The position numbers were made by a program, and so were the translations under genes. A stretch of 56,425 nt of DNA, filler included, from Squatina squatina (taxonomy: Eukaryota), in the NCBI GenBank assembly GCA_031763465.1. It is 4 parts of 4 records of this genome, joined end to end, with 100 filler letters (N's around TTAATTAATTAA, not from the genome) between each part and the next. Parts side by side here need not be neighbours in the genome. Positions count along the whole stretch, not along the records: positions 13,520 to 27,794 come from JARFOE010000234.1; positions 27,895 to 44,123 come from JARFOE010000176.1; 2 more parts are not named here. One strand, written 5' to 3'. A model generated the notes under the pieces. That model saw only the letters and a program-made list of their open reading frames with translations, was not told the origin of the DNA and did not search any database. Each line of letters begins with the position of its first letter. Position 1 is the stretch's first letter. This document shows, one piece after another, positions 25,318 through 38,497 of this stretch.

Positions 25318-25518
25318 CTTGCTGAGGGCATTCACGATGGGAAAGCCCTGACAGGTTTATTTCACTTGTTTGGACCAACGTGTCTGATAAAGAGCTTCCT
25401 GAAACTGCTTCCTCTACTTTAAAGGATGCATTAGTTTGATGAAGGCAACAATTCTCTTGATGTGGCTTTCCACAGGATGCCAAGTAAATTGCTCTGTCGA
25501 TAATGGAAGCAAACACAT
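25318..25518 (-). CDS. Candidate internal coding exon, gene unidentified
   Basis: 201-nt phase 1-1 open frame bounded by ctag| and CAAG|gtgagc: (D)VFASIIDRAIYLASCGKPHQENCCLHQTNASFKVEEAVSGSSLSDTLVQTSEINLSGLSHRECPQQ. Weak acceptor; no homology recognised. Confidence 0.4.
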
Positions 25519-27067
25519 CTAGCTTTTGTGATGTAAAAAAGGGCATTCAGACAAAGCCACAAATTACAGAGCTGTAAAAGTGTCACCTGCTGCACGCAGC
25601 CTTTCACTTTTAATACCTTTCTAAGTGCCAGGGAGAAAATTGTCTGGGGATTGACTCTCAAAAAGAAAATGGTACAGGAAAAGAAGAGCTCATTCCTGCA
25701 TACTGCTGTGAGATACTCTGCGTTATAAACTGGAGGTTGCTAAACTCTGAAGAAAAGCACCACAGGACTCCACAAATTCCATCTGCTTTACACCTCCAGG
25801 TTCTTGTTGAGTAACAACTGTGGCAGAAGAACATGAGAATTTTGGAAACAAGAAAAATGCATTACTTTTTCATCATTCTCATCACTATTTATGCTACAAT
25901 CCCTTCTTTTTCCAGAAATATATCTATTGCCTTATAAATTCATTCATATTGTCCACATCAATGGCCTTCTCTTTAACTTATTCACGTCTATTAATCTTTG
26001 GATGGAAAAGCTCCACCTAACTTCTCTTCTTACTCCTAACTTCTTAATTTGTAAAGTATGTTCCTTTGGTATTTAAACCCTTTGCCAAAGTAAACAATTT
26101 ATCCAAATCAACNNNNNNNNNNNNNNNNNNNNNNNNNNNNNNNNNNNNNNNNNNNNNNNNNNNNNNNNNNNNNNNNNNNNNNNNNNNNNNNNNNNNNNNN
26201 NNNNNNNNNNNNTTGGCTGATTTTGAATTTATAAAATTGACAAGTATATCATTAGGAAAGTGACACTGCATATTACAACAATAACACAAATGCTGCACAA
26301 AAATTCCCCAATTACAGGCAAGTAATGAATGCCTGCAAGAAGTGTTGGTCTCTTGACAGGTGCCAATTAGGCCGTACACAGCTTCCAAATCAACCACCAT
26401 CTGAGCACCGTGGTGAAGAAAATCCTTCCTATTTATTGTCAAAACCATATGGCTTACAGAAAGCTGTCTTTACAACCTCTGAACGACCTCATAGTGGGAG
26501 TCAGGCACATTGAAAGATTAGCCACCTGTGGAGAGCAGATCATTTTATTTTATTTCTGAGGTCACTGGGATGTCTTAAAATGACTCCTCCACAGGCTGCT
26601 TCAGCAAGCCATTAACTAGTACTTGGTGACTGTGAAAGTTAAATTGCTTGTAAAGAAACAATTAAAAGCCAATTATCACTCAGAATTGCTGTGATAGTAG
26701 CCTCTAACAGCTTGCCAGTCTGGCATAGTTCCAGCTTAAATATTAGAATCTACATTAGCATTCCATGCTCAAGATATCCCTTATTAGTTATTGGGATAAA
26801 AGGACAGACTATAATAACAAAAGGGTAAACTGCAGTAACAAAATGACCAGAAATTGGAATTAGTCAAGCCTGATTAAGGCATTGTTTTTCATTATCAACG
26901 AGCTATAAATGCCACACTATAATATGTTCGAGTGTACATTAATGTCTGAATATTTCATAACCACAGGACAGTCTTCTTCAGCAGTATCAGTCTGAAAATC
27001 TGTTTTAGTTTTCATTAAAGTGATATTTCCCTAATTGAAAAATGATGCATATGTCCACTGGCACAAT

Positions 27068-27794
27068 GGGCTCGAAATTCGCTGACTTTTAGTGCCCGTA
27101 TCTCGTCAGGCGTAGTCATTGTTGGGGCGCAAAGATGTCTTATCAGGACATTCCCAGCATGTTTTGTGGAGGCATCCACAGGAGGCATCATCACCGTGCA
27201 CGAACCACCCCCTGAGCGACCGGTCAGAAAATTTGCTGGTGAGATCGCAGGGGTCACTTGGGGTAAGAAGAGACAGGAAAAACTGAAGCGGCCCCTGACC
27301 GGATGCCTTTTTTTGTATAAAGAACGCAGCCATCAACATAGCAGCGAGGAAGAGGAGTGTGTGTACGGGCTGTGGCCCATGCAGTAGTGGCAATGGAGTA
27401 AGAAGCACTTTACTGAAGTTTAACCTTTCAAACTCATTCACAACTCCATTTTAAGGGTACTTTGCACTTTGATGTAAACCATGCGTTCTGTACTTGCAGT
27501 GGACCGTCTTCTGCTGCCTCATCTGAGGAATTACCTCATCAGAAGGAGAGGGCGGAGACAACTGCAGAGGGAAAGGCTCCAACAGAGAGATCGCCAAAGG
27601 GAACAGGAAGTTGAGGCAGCCCCAGTGCAACAAATGCAGCAGCCCCAGCCGGCAGAGATGCCAGCAGATAGGCACTGGCAGAGGCCAGACAACAGAGCAA
27701 GGGGGAGGCAGCCCCACCCACAAGTGGACCCACCAGCACCAGACCAACAAGAGGGGCAAGCTGGAGGAAGGGACCATGACAACGTGCACAGGAG
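27068..27794 (+). mobile_element. Left end of a Harbinger-like transposon with a putative transposase 5' region
   Basis: Starts GGGCTCGAAATT, has a CpG-rich subterminus, then an R/Q-rich frame (27481-27794) like the low-complexity N-termini of Harbinger transposases. No DDE motif is visible before the linker. Confidence 0.55.
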
Positions 27795-27894
27795 NNNNNN
27801 NNNNNNNNNNNNNNNNNNNNNNNNNNNNNNNNNNNNNNTTAATTAATTAANNNNNNNNNNNNNNNNNNNNNNNNNNNNNNNNNNNNNNNNNNNN
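27795..27894. other. Artificial concatenation linker N44-TTAATTAATTAA-N44
   Basis: 12-mer at 27839-27850. Confidence 0.95.
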
Positions 27895-29863
27895 ACAGAG
27901 ACAGGTAATCAGACAGATTCAATGACGGATAGTGAGTTGGAGACATTGATGTAGCCACAGAAACAGGCAGATGAAACCAAAAGAGACAGCGAGTGACATA
28001 GAAAAAGGCAGATAGCAAGAGTCACAGATAAAGACAGCAGGAAAGAGAGACAGGCAGAAAGTGGGAAAGAGATACAGAAAGAATAGGAGACAACCAGACT
28101 GACAGGGACTAATGGAGAGGACTCTGGTTCAATGTCTTTAATCTGTGTGTGTATATGGGATGCTCATGTTACCCCTCACATTGTCTTATATAAAACTATT
28201 TTATCTGATCTAATCTCTTGCGGTTAAATTGTTTATAACGGCCAACCAGTGGTTTGTATCCTGTATACAAATTTTATCTGAGGTCGGATTATATTACGAC
28301 ATTTCACTCTGAAAGGTGCCTCAGTCCAATAGCAATGAAAATTCAAAATAATGCATTGTTACTGAAGCTGAAATGCGTTTATCAGTGTAATGACACAACT
28401 TCAAATCATTGTGTGCATTTGGAAAGTTTTATTTTCCCCTCAAGTGCATACAGATATTTTTTTAACAACATTTTAACAGGAAAAAAATCAAGTGGGAATG
28501 TGCAAGATGCTAGCCTTCTGCAAAATAATATAAAAACCTGCAGTAAATATTTCACAACCACCAGCTCGTGGGTGACACTATTAGACAAAGTTGCTAACTG
28601 TACCCAAAGGCCAAATAGGATAACTTGTCCAGTGTGTCAATGATTTACAAATGGAACCTCTACTCTTTCCTTAACTGTAACTGTAAGAGCAGTTGTTTCA
28701 CTACCCCCCACCCCCCGCCAGTGATATTTTTGAATAGATCATAAACCCTGCACCAAACTGGACTGAACTCTAAGAATGCCAGGAAAGNNNNNNNNNNNNN
28801 NNNNNNNNNNNNNNNNNNNNNNNNNNNNNNNNNNNNNNNNNNNNNNNNNNNNNNNNNNNNNNNNNNNNNNNNNNNNNNNNNNNNNNNCCAGTAGATCGAC
28901 AACACAAAACACAGCATGAGTCAACATCTTTCAGGGAATGTTGTCAGAAATATCACCTTAACTTGTTCAGCCTGGTTGAACCAAACTGTTCCCTTAGAAT
29001 TTTCACCTTTGTTTGTGAAACAAAATCTCTTTCTCAGGAAAAATGTATTTTCTCTATTGGCGTGCCTCTTACGATTTTGTTGGAGTTTTTATGGTTAATT
29101 TGGGAACTTACAAAGTTTTTTTTTGTCAGTTTTAAATAGCTGCAACATTGAACACAATATCTCTTTAAAAGCTTTCCAGCTGTCAGATATGTGTGTCACA
29201 GAAAGGATTGGATTTTATAATGTGCTTAACCAAGTGTTGATGAAAAATGAGTCAATAGATTTTGAAATTCTGGGCAGTTTCTACCCAATTACGTCTGAGG
29301 AATGTTCTTTTGACAAATGGTGAGGATGGAAAGTTCATAGAGCATTTTCATTTTTATGGGTGGTGTTATTCTATTCTGCTGTGGCAGACGCAGCCAGTGG
29401 TGGGTGACAAAGCAGTGATTGGGATGAACAGTGTCGAAGATAAGGTCACCGTGCAGTATTTCACAATGCCAAGGCTCCCCTCAGACTGGCAGCTAATGGA
29501 TTTATTGCCTTGCCAAAGGCTTGCTGCAGGTGATGTATGCAAAGTGCTGGCCAAATGGAATCTAATGTCTCGACCCAATTATAGATGATGGGGGAGGTGG
29601 GGAGGGGGTAAGAAAATCGTAGACACTGTGTTGTTCTCACAATATGCATGGACTGGAGAGATGTTGCAGAAAAGGCCATATCTCATGGGGTACTTAGACT
29701 TTGCTGTTTCCCTCTGATATTAACATTTGCACAGTATTCACTTTCTATGAAATGTTGTCAGGAGTTAATGGCTTGTGAGCAAGAAGTGTCTGTTTTAGTG
29801 CTCTCGGATCTCTTTCCCAATATATAAACACACACACACGCACACTCACACACACCTGCCCAC

Positions 29864-30007
29864 CAATGCTCCCTCTAATTTTGTTTTTCGGTACGCGGTC
29901 CCTTTAAATTTGCATGCGCGGCATCTTTTCCAGCGGCAGCAGCTGGTGAGCAGCCTGCATGGGACCTCCTGATTGGTGCATGGCTGCGCACATTAGGGAG
30001 AACATTG
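29864..30007. mobile_element. 144-bp hAT-type MITE
   Basis: TIRs CAATGCTCCCTCTAA and TTAGGGAGAACATTG (12/15 match); 8-bp flanks CTGCCCAC and TTGCCCAC (7/8), a hAT-size TSD. Confidence 0.8.
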
Positions 30008-30464
30008 TTGCCCACCCATACATACGTACATGTATATATATATATGCACACACAAGAATGAACAAAGTTCAAAAGCTCTGAAACTGATGTATTTTGCGAC
30101 AAATAAACCTTTGTGCATTTTTCCCCTCTTTGGCTCTCAATCCTGTCAGTGTTTCACTGTTTCTTAATTTCTGTGTTACTCTGTTCCTTTCCCTGTATTT
30201 CTCATTCTTCCACATTGCCCATGGTTGTGGCACAAGTGAGAAAAACTACTTGCATATCCCTGGGCTAAGAGTTGGGTGTGGGGAGGGGGTTGCTTCATGG
30301 AAAATGATGGGTTTTGGACCAAGGAGGGAAGAATGGGACATAACCCATACAGTAAAATTTGAGGATATACGTTCCTCTCATGCAGTCCACTGGTTGCGCC
30401 AATGCACTTGTGAAAGTACTCTAGTAAATCTATGAATCCCAGCGTTTTTCTTCCTTCAACCTAT

Positions 30465-30810
30465 TTTTTCCCTTCCCCTCTCCTCCTGCTGAAGACAGTG
30501 AATCTTTGCTGGGGTACAGTGTCACAGGTGACCTGTGGTGCCTCGCTCAGATGATCATCCTTCACCGTGACTGTGAGCAGGCTATTCGATCTGGGGAAAG
30601 GTGGGACCATCATAGTTCAATTCTATCCTCATCCAATGACTACAGATAAGCATTTCCAGATGGCATAGCTGGATAGGAATCAGAAGCAGGAACTCTGGCT
30701 GAGGTTCATCTCCTGAGAGGCACTGAGGCCAACTGTACAGCTCTTACTGCTGCCCCAGCTGAGTTTGACTCTATCAGCAAAGATTGGGGGAACCAAACAT
30801 CAATTTTCCT
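30465..30810 (-). mobile_element. Old tRNA-derived SINE-like repeat (second family)
   Basis: Shares motifs (GAATAGCCT, GGGGCAGCAGT..AGTTGGCCTCAGTG) with about 130-340, 4400-4620, 49030-49180 and 54545-54690; the last copy has B box GGTTCAATTCC on the minus strand. Boundaries are approximate. Confidence 0.5.
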
Positions 30811-31148
30811 GTTCTTTATGACTCTGCCACTCTATCAGAACTAGCTGAACCTCAACAAAAGGCTCATGAGTTGATAGTTTTGCGAAGCTTTCTACTGGGA
30901 ATCTCCTCAAATTTTTTACGCATGGTAAAACCTAGCGTATCTGCTTGGTTTTACCATCGTAAGAAATGCTAAAAAAATTTGAATTCAAAAAAATTAATGG
31001 GACATTACTTTAAAACCATTCCCAGTAAGGTAAGTATGTTTTTAAACANNNNNNNNNNNNNNNNNNNNNNNNNNNNNNNNNNNNNNNNNNNNNNNNNNNN
31101 NNNNNNNNNNNNNNNNNNNNNNNNNNNNNNNNNNNNNNNNNNNNNNNN

Positions 31149-31470
31149 GCTCCTGGTACCAAGATCTCCGACCGCACTCCCGACTCTGACCCCCGAGCCT
31201 CCGCCTCCCGATAGCTTTCTCGACCTCCCCAAACAATACTCCCGAGGTCTACAATCTTCCTACCCGACTCCAAACCCTGATCATGGACTTCGAAGCCATC
31301 AGGCTCTTCCTCCAGACCCCTGCAATCTAACCACTAACCTGTGTGGGCTCCAACCAAAGTGCTCTCTACATCATGATGAGGTCCGGGGCTCCTTGGACCT
31401 CCCCATTTGAGTGCGGGCTGATAACACTGTGCGGACAAGGCACCCAAAAACATGCCTGAATTTCTAGGCC
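31149..31470. mobile_element. Right end of a Harbinger-like non-autonomous element
   Basis: CCGACTC-rich subterminal region ending AATTTCTAGGCC; similar ends at about 35998 and 48620. Confidence 0.55.
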
Positions 31471-33229
31471 TTCATCTTTGTCTGAGGCTCACCAGGATTG
31501 GTTGCATGTAGTTAGTGAATATTTCGAGACAGACGCAACTCAAGTTACTCACCCGCAACACAATGAATAAGTTACTACACTGTTCATCAATTAATGAAGT
31601 CCCTTTGCCTTGCAGGCACCAAACTGAACTTCCACCTCATCAATACTGACTAGGGATGACATACTGACTATCTGTTGATGTCAGTGGCACAAATATTATT
31701 GTGCAGAATAGTTGCAGTTCAGTGGCTGAGTATGTTTAATAAGGATGATGCATTCATTAAGTGCTTCAGTTGCTATAGAAACTGTCCTCTTGCTCTGATG
31801 AAAGAGGTTTATGTGCAAGACCATGCCCATAAGTTATCATCTCTCAACAATTTGCACTTTGTTATATAGAACACAGTGATAGTAATTTGCATACCTAATA
31901 TGCTTTCAAAATTTTGCTTGATTAAACAGATTGCATAGTCTGAATTGAATTGCATTTACAACTATTACTGTTTCTTTTACTGGCAACGTATTGATGCAGT
32001 GTGCAATTGCCAAAGTGCCCATCTCATCTGTCTTGAGATTTTACAAATTACAAGGCCTACAGTAAGTGCCTAATGCAATATTCTTGGAACAAAACTGTTC
32101 TACATAATTAAGTATCACAAATACCTACATTCCTCAACCCAAACTCATTTGGATCTTCTTCACCATTTACTTGTCACTGTGTCCCCGAAGCAGACCACGT
32201 AACAAGGTATTACAGCCAGATGTACGTTTCATGTTGTACGTATAAGAGGAGATAACGGAGAAATAATGCCTGCAATGATTGAAATACATTGAATTTGAAC
32301 ATTGTTTCAAAATCAGTATTACAGCCAGTTTGAATGCCTTTATTTTTAATTTTGAAACCAGAGTTGAAACTCTACTCTCAACTAGATCTTTGCTCTTAGC
32401 TTCCAGCTTCCTTCTCCTTTCACCCCTTCAACCCCCAATTCCCAGGCTAAACTGAGAGACTTGTGCAAAGAAAGAAAAACTGGCCGAAGAATCTCTTGAG
32501 TGCTTGGGTACCTCCAGGTAATTGTAACAAGAAGTAGTGCTGACTACATCCATGGAAATGCCCACTGAAAAGCCAACTTTTTCTCGCAGGCCTCCGACCA
32601 GAAAGATTTCTCCAAAAGTACCTGGTAGGTTCGCAGCCTTGTGCTCTTGGGCCTCTGTGCGGACTCCAGCATAGAAGCCCAGGTCTCCTAGCAGCCTCAC
32701 GNNNNNNNNNNNNNNNNNNNNNNNNNNNNNNNNNNNNNNNNNNNNNNNNNNNNNNNNNNNNNNNNNNNNNNNNNNNNNNNNNNNNNNNNNNNNNNNNNNN
32801 NAATAGTTTAGAACTGGGGCCAATAGATCAGGGCAATATTTGTAACAAGCAACACGTTTCATTTACTCAATCTGAAAGCGGACTTGCGGGTCTCTGCAAC
32901 CTGCTTTCAAGTTCACAAATCATTACTGCTACCTAGTGGCAAATTCAAATACTGCACTATGGCAGCACCACAATTTCTTTTAAACCAGTGAAGTTGCTTG
33001 TACCTGTTTACATGGGGAGCATCGAACCTATCTACTTTCTTCCTTCTCATTGACTAAGCCAGTGTTCTCCTTTTTAATTGGTTTTCTACACTGCAGCCAC
33101 CATGACACTCGTCCCAACCAAGGCTCAAATTAAGAGGAAAGCTTTTAATTATAACGTTGTAAATGTAACATTTAAATATTGTGAATTCTGAGGACAGTGA
33201 ATCATATGTTTCCAAGGAAAAGCTTTTTT

Positions 33230-33410
33230 TTTTAAATACAGCACCTCTCACATCCTCAGGACTTCACAAAGTGCTTTACAACCAATGGATTACTTTGAAG
33301 TGCAGTCACTGTTATGTAGGTAAACACAGCAGCCAATTTGTGCACAGCAAAGCCCCACAAACAGCATTGAGATGACTGATTGATTTATTGTTTGTTTTGG
33401 TGGTGCTGAT
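33230..33410 (-). mobile_element. SacSINE1-like 3' half
   Basis: GCAGCCAATTTGTGCACAGCAAAGCCCCACAAACAGCA, shared with 835-870. Confidence 0.75.
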
Positions 33411-35009
33411 AGAGCGTCATTAACAATGTAGGTTGTTATATCTCATCTGTCGCCCGTCCTTCTGAAGCTGGGTGCGGCAATTGGGACACAATCCACAAGC
33501 CAATTACACCGATAATGTCATCTTCTACATTTAACTGTTCCCTGGAAACCCACCGGTGGATTTTTTTTTGCATTTTATATGCCTGCAAATCATTTCTTGT
33601 TGCTTTTGGCCCCACTTGTGCTGTCATTAGGGGCTACAAGTTTGGGAGTCAGACACAATAAAATGTAATAGTGACAAATGATGTCCTTGAGGCAAGAGCA
33701 GACTCTTCTAGTTCTCTTGAGATAATCACACACAAAACAGGAAAGTGAGGGAACGGGAGTGATTTGCCACGAAAGGGCAAAGACATTTCTCAGAATAGAA
33801 TGTAATAGACTCTTACATGCTCAGCAACAGGAGCGCCAGCCAACGCCAAGCGACCGGCTCATGAAAAATAGAGGTATCTTAATGGGGTGGGGCACTTTTC
33901 ACTTCAAGACAAATGGTCACATTGTGAAATTANNNNNNNNNNNNNNNNNNNNNNNNNNNNNNNNNNNNNNNNNNNNNNNNNNNNNNNNNNNNNNNNNNNN
34001 NNNNNNNNNNNNNNNNNNNNNNNNNNNNNNNNATAATTTATGCTAATTGACAACTTGATTTGAATTCCTTCCTTTCACAGTTTTGATATTCTACGTATTA
34101 CTTGCCTTGCAGTTAGTATCTCCATTACGAGCCACTGCTGGGACTGAGCACTGCTAATGAACTGATTTGTGCTCTGCATTCCTGTAATTCTCTTTGGACT
34201 CAGCAGAGATAAATAGCATCAATTATTTCAGGGCGTTTCTCTTCCTTGCTATGTTTGCTCCTTCACTGCACAAGCAGCTTTTTAATAAATGCAGTGAAGG
34301 TTGAATCTCTCCTCGTTTGTGATGTTCGACCTTTTTCCCCGATGACAGCTCAGACGGATGACCACTAACAGGCCTTCTGCAAGCCCCAGCTAGCGTTTGT
34401 TGTTGCGTTACAAATTGGTGTTATTAAAAAAAATGTGGTACCTACCATCTTTCTTCAGCACGCGGAACTTGTCACTGGCCGTTGTAAGATATGTCCCTCT
34501 GGGGGCTTCAGCTGCCCATGTGTTCCTGGCCCTGCCATGGTGAAAGATTCCATGTTTACTGGCTCACTTTGTTAAAAATTAAACAAGGGGCTGATGGAAG
34601 GGATCACGTACAAATGGCATGACTTTGTGCCTGGATGCAAAGGATCTCAGTCATTAAGTTCGCATGAATAAAAATACCTGGTATAAGACTGCATAAAAGT
34701 ACAGAATCACATTTAAAGGTTATTGGTGAATTTGTGTGGCTCAGGGCATAAATATTTAGACTAACAATTTATAAAGCGGCTTTGTGCTAATCAGGCCTCC
34801 TCTTCCCCTTCCAATTAGCACTTTTGCATACAACACAATACAACCAGCTGCCTGAAAGAGTGCAATCACAAGCTCACTCAGGCCATACATTTTGCTGAGA
34901 TCCATGGCCATTGTCATGGGGGGGGAGCTCGGGGGGAAGAGGGTGGAGAAAAAGAGAGGAGAGAAAGAGAGAGAACGTGAAGGAGCGAGTGGAGGAGAGG
35001 AGAGTTCCT

Positions 35010-35450
35010 GCATTTATATAGCACCTTTAACATAGTAAAATATCTCAAGGCGCTTCATTGAAGTGTTATCAAACACTGAGCTACATAAGGAGATAATAGA
35101 GCAGATGACCAAAAGCTTGGTCAAAGTGGTAGGTTTCAAGGAGTGTCATAAAGCAGGAAAGAGAGGTAGAGAGGCGGAGACGTTTAGCAATGGAATTCCA
35201 GAGCTTAAGGCCTAGGCAGCTGAAGGCACAGGCGTCAATGGTACAGTGATTAAAAATCAGATGAGCGTGAGGTCAGAATTGGAGCAGCACAGAGATCGGG
35301 AGGGGGGAGGCCATGGAGGGATTTGTAAACAAGGATGAGAATTTTAAAATTGAGGCATTGCTTAACCAAAAGCCAATGTAGGTCAGCGAGAACAGGGGTG
35401 ATGGGACTTGGTGCGGGTTAGAATACAGGCAGCAGAGTTTTGGATGAGCT
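35010..35450 (-). mobile_element. L2 LINE 3' end
   Basis: Minus strand encodes KLIQNSAACILTRTKSHHPC..WLLVKQCLNFKILILVYKSLHGL, followed by the L2 3'UTR. Confidence 0.85.
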
Positions 35451-37029
35451 TATGTTTTGAGGGTGGAAAGTGAAGTACTTTTGAAGTGTAGTAACTGTTG
35501 GAATGTAGGAAATTCTCATCNNNNNNNNNNNNNNNNNNNNNNNNNNNNNNNNNNNNNNNNNNNNNNNNNNNNNNNNNNNNNNNNNNNNNNNNNNNNNNNN
35601 NNNNNNNNNNNNNNNNNNNNCACAGCTTGCTTCCAACCTGAATTCCAGAGTTTACTTGCAACCTGACAGGCCACTTAAGAGGTCATTGACTTAAGTGTTT
35701 CTAACTTCTTTATAGGCCACTTAATAGCTTTCAGCTGCATGACTCTCACATTCTAGCCATCCTGCCTGCTCACTCTGAGTCAGAGTTCCACAGCAGACAC
35801 ATACTGCTTTGGGCAATCCTGGAAGGAGAGTAGACTGCTCTGCAACAGAATAGGAGTTGTGTCCGGGAGACCGCTGTGACTCGCAGGCACGATGGAGCAA
35901 TGAATTCCGCGGGGAGCAGGACGTGGTGGGCGCCGGCATGAGAAATGCTGGCTCCCGTCCCGTGAGCGCCCCAGTGGGACGCGACTCAATTTCTAGTCCT
36001 GTATATGTGTATTTAAACATTTCGACTGCATGTTTCATTGTTGTTTGTAACCAAGCTGCTGTTTCTGAATTAAGTGAGACTTGAGGGCCAGTGCTCTCGC
36101 TGCACGTGCAAAGCAGAACTTTGCTTCCGTTCTTCAGAGTCAATAATGCAGTTCCGAGAATCGGAGATTGGGCAGAGCTGCCAGTGTCGAGGAAGTGTTT
36201 GGAATGAGATGTACAATTGCAATGAGTGGCACCGATTACAAATCCTTCCCAACATATGTTGAAGTTTGTTTTTAAGGGTGACACTTCTTTCTCCCTGACG
36301 ATACATTTCCCAAGTTTTAATGCCAAAAATGATGAGGTGTGAAACAGCAGTTTATATTTCTATAGTATTCCCCATGTAACACAAAATGTTCCCGAGCCCT
36401 TAACAAGGGAGAAAAATGTTGACACTGAGCTGGGTTGTGGGGACAAGGTCAAAGGCACGATCATGAAGGTCGTCAGAAAAGGGTTTCTAATGCGGCTTTT
36501 GAATTGGGGCGAGGAGAGAGAGAGTTCCAGGGTACAGTAGTGTCATAGCAGAATCTGTTTTGTTCAGTATTTGATCTACTAATACACTGAAAGACCAGTG
36601 TGTGTACATGCATGCCAACAGGCTGTTTTACTCAGGCAATCAACCTTTCAGGCTTGATGTCTGCTCGCCCACGCTTGTAACTGGAAATCAGCGCCGCACC
36701 GCGCCTCCAATTCTGTCCTCACCTCTGACTGAAGCTGCTTGTCTCTGGGATTCATGATCTTGCAATCTATCCCCTGGAGCAGCAGCTTCAAGTAGAGATG
36801 ATTTTAAAGCAATTTAACAATCAGATTTAGCAACAAAACAGTTCCAAATCGGAATAAGCTACATATGGTGCAGTTGTATTGCTTTGGTACTGGTGTGAGT
36901 GGACAGTTTCTTCTCTGCTTAAGGCGTTGACTCTTGATGAGCACCGGTCACCTTCGGGTAGCTTCTCCCTGTGGTCAAGCTTCATGTGTGCGCTTATACC
37001 AGGAGCATCTGCAGGGTTTCTGCTCTCAG

Positions 37030-37270
37030 GTTCCAGTCCTGAGGCTCCTGTATCTCAGTTGGGAGAATCTCCTCGGTCCCAGTCTTGACCCTCCAGTTTC
37101 TCTCTCTGACTGGACTACCTCAGATAAGCGGTCTCCTCCATTCTAGTCCTAATCTCTTGTCTCTCTCTCTCATTAGACTATCTCAGTTGAGAGGGTCTCC
37201 TTGGTTGCAGTCCTGAACCTCTTGTCGCTATCTGACTGGACTACCTCAGTTGAGAGGGTCTCCTGAGTCC
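37030..37270. repeat. Degenerate minisatellite, about 63-bp unit, about 4 copies
   Basis: Core A(C/T)CTCAG(T/A)T at 37052, 37117, 37180 and 37243 (spacing 65, 63, 63). Confidence 0.8.
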
Positions 37271-37954
37271 CCGCCCTTAGCTGTCTATCCCTCAGACCCA
37301 GTTGGAACAATCGCTGCCCTTTTCAGCTGTGTTGTAAATGGGGGAGCAGCAGTCGCCACGGTGAAAAGTTATACCCTCGGTAGCGTTAGACTCATGGAGT
37401 TAGAACAGTTACTTTAAATGGAGCTGCTCTTGCAACTTGTTCTGAGAACAGATTGACCTCACAGCAATTAATTGTGGAAATTATCAGCAATGGAAACACA
37501 TCTATCAAGGGGTCCATTTGTAAAGCCATTAGCAAATGTTCCTTACTGTAACATAAGGTCACGGTGACTGAGTTCTTCGGAGAGCTTTGGACCCTCGCTA
37601 CTCGTGTTCACATAAAATCGCAGTCAGCTGGATTGAATTGTATTGATGTGTATATGGAAATGTTGTTGGCTGGGGCCACATTTGCAGTTCACAAACAAGT
37701 CCTTAAGGGCCCTTCTTAAAATCAGCTCACTACAAAAAAGAAATTGCACAAAGTCCTAACATCTGTTTGTTTGTGGTTATTTTAATTATACTTTGTTTGG
37801 ACATTGAGTCCTGAGGTCGTTATTGAGGGATTTGGCTCTGAGCAGTTCCTGAGCCTGATGGTGAAGTGATTTGAATTAACACTTGCAGTGGAAGTGACCT
37901 GATTACTGAAGCAATCAGTATCATTGGTGTCCTGCTTAATGTTTTCCTCTTCTC

Positions 37955-38027
37955 AGGCAGTCCCTCGAGGCCGAGGATGGCTTGCTTCCACTCCGGAGTT
38001 GTGGGTTCTGAGATAACTGAACAGTCC
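37955..38027 (-). mobile_element. Probable RTE-clade LINE 3' end
   Basis: AGGCAGTCCCTCGAGGCCGAGGATGGCTTGCTTCCACTC resembles a shark RTE 3' terminus as I recall it. Confidence 0.45.
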
Positions 38028-38497
38028 NNNNNNNNNNNNNNNNNNNNNNNNNNNNNNNNNNNNNNNNNNNNNNNNNNNNNNNNNNNNNNNNNNNNNNNNN
38101 NNNNNNNNNNNNNNNNNNNNNNNNNNNTAAGATGTTTCTGCGAGATTAGATAAAGGTGCAATATAATGAAAATCTTTATTCTTTTCTCCCTAATTTACTC
38201 TATATTACAGACTTCTGTGTTTAGATAAATGAATATTAGTTGTAGCTGCCATGTAAAATATAAGATACAATCTGATCTTTTATTGGGACGAGTAAATAAG
38301 TTTGAAAATCTGTAGAGTAATTTTGCCATCAAATATTGTTGTTCAATCTTCCAGAATACCTTAAGTAAAATTGAATCCATCTGTAGCCATACTACTAATC
38401 ATACTAATTACACACTTCATTAGTTTGTAATACGCCTGACAGGTTGTGCCTATTTAAACTATGCTGTTGTTACAATATCTTCTTTTTCTTCATACAG

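Noticed and set aside
29262-29588. 108-aa ORF with a possible acceptor
   Set aside because: No recognised homology and no convincing donor; may be non-coding.
32428-32701. Region open in two minus-strand frames
   Set aside because: Neither translation is recognisable and it is truncated by a gap.
35721-36326. 201-aa ORF, the longest N-free ORF
   Set aside because: Non-ATG start, crosses a transposon terminus at about 35998, no domain-like character.
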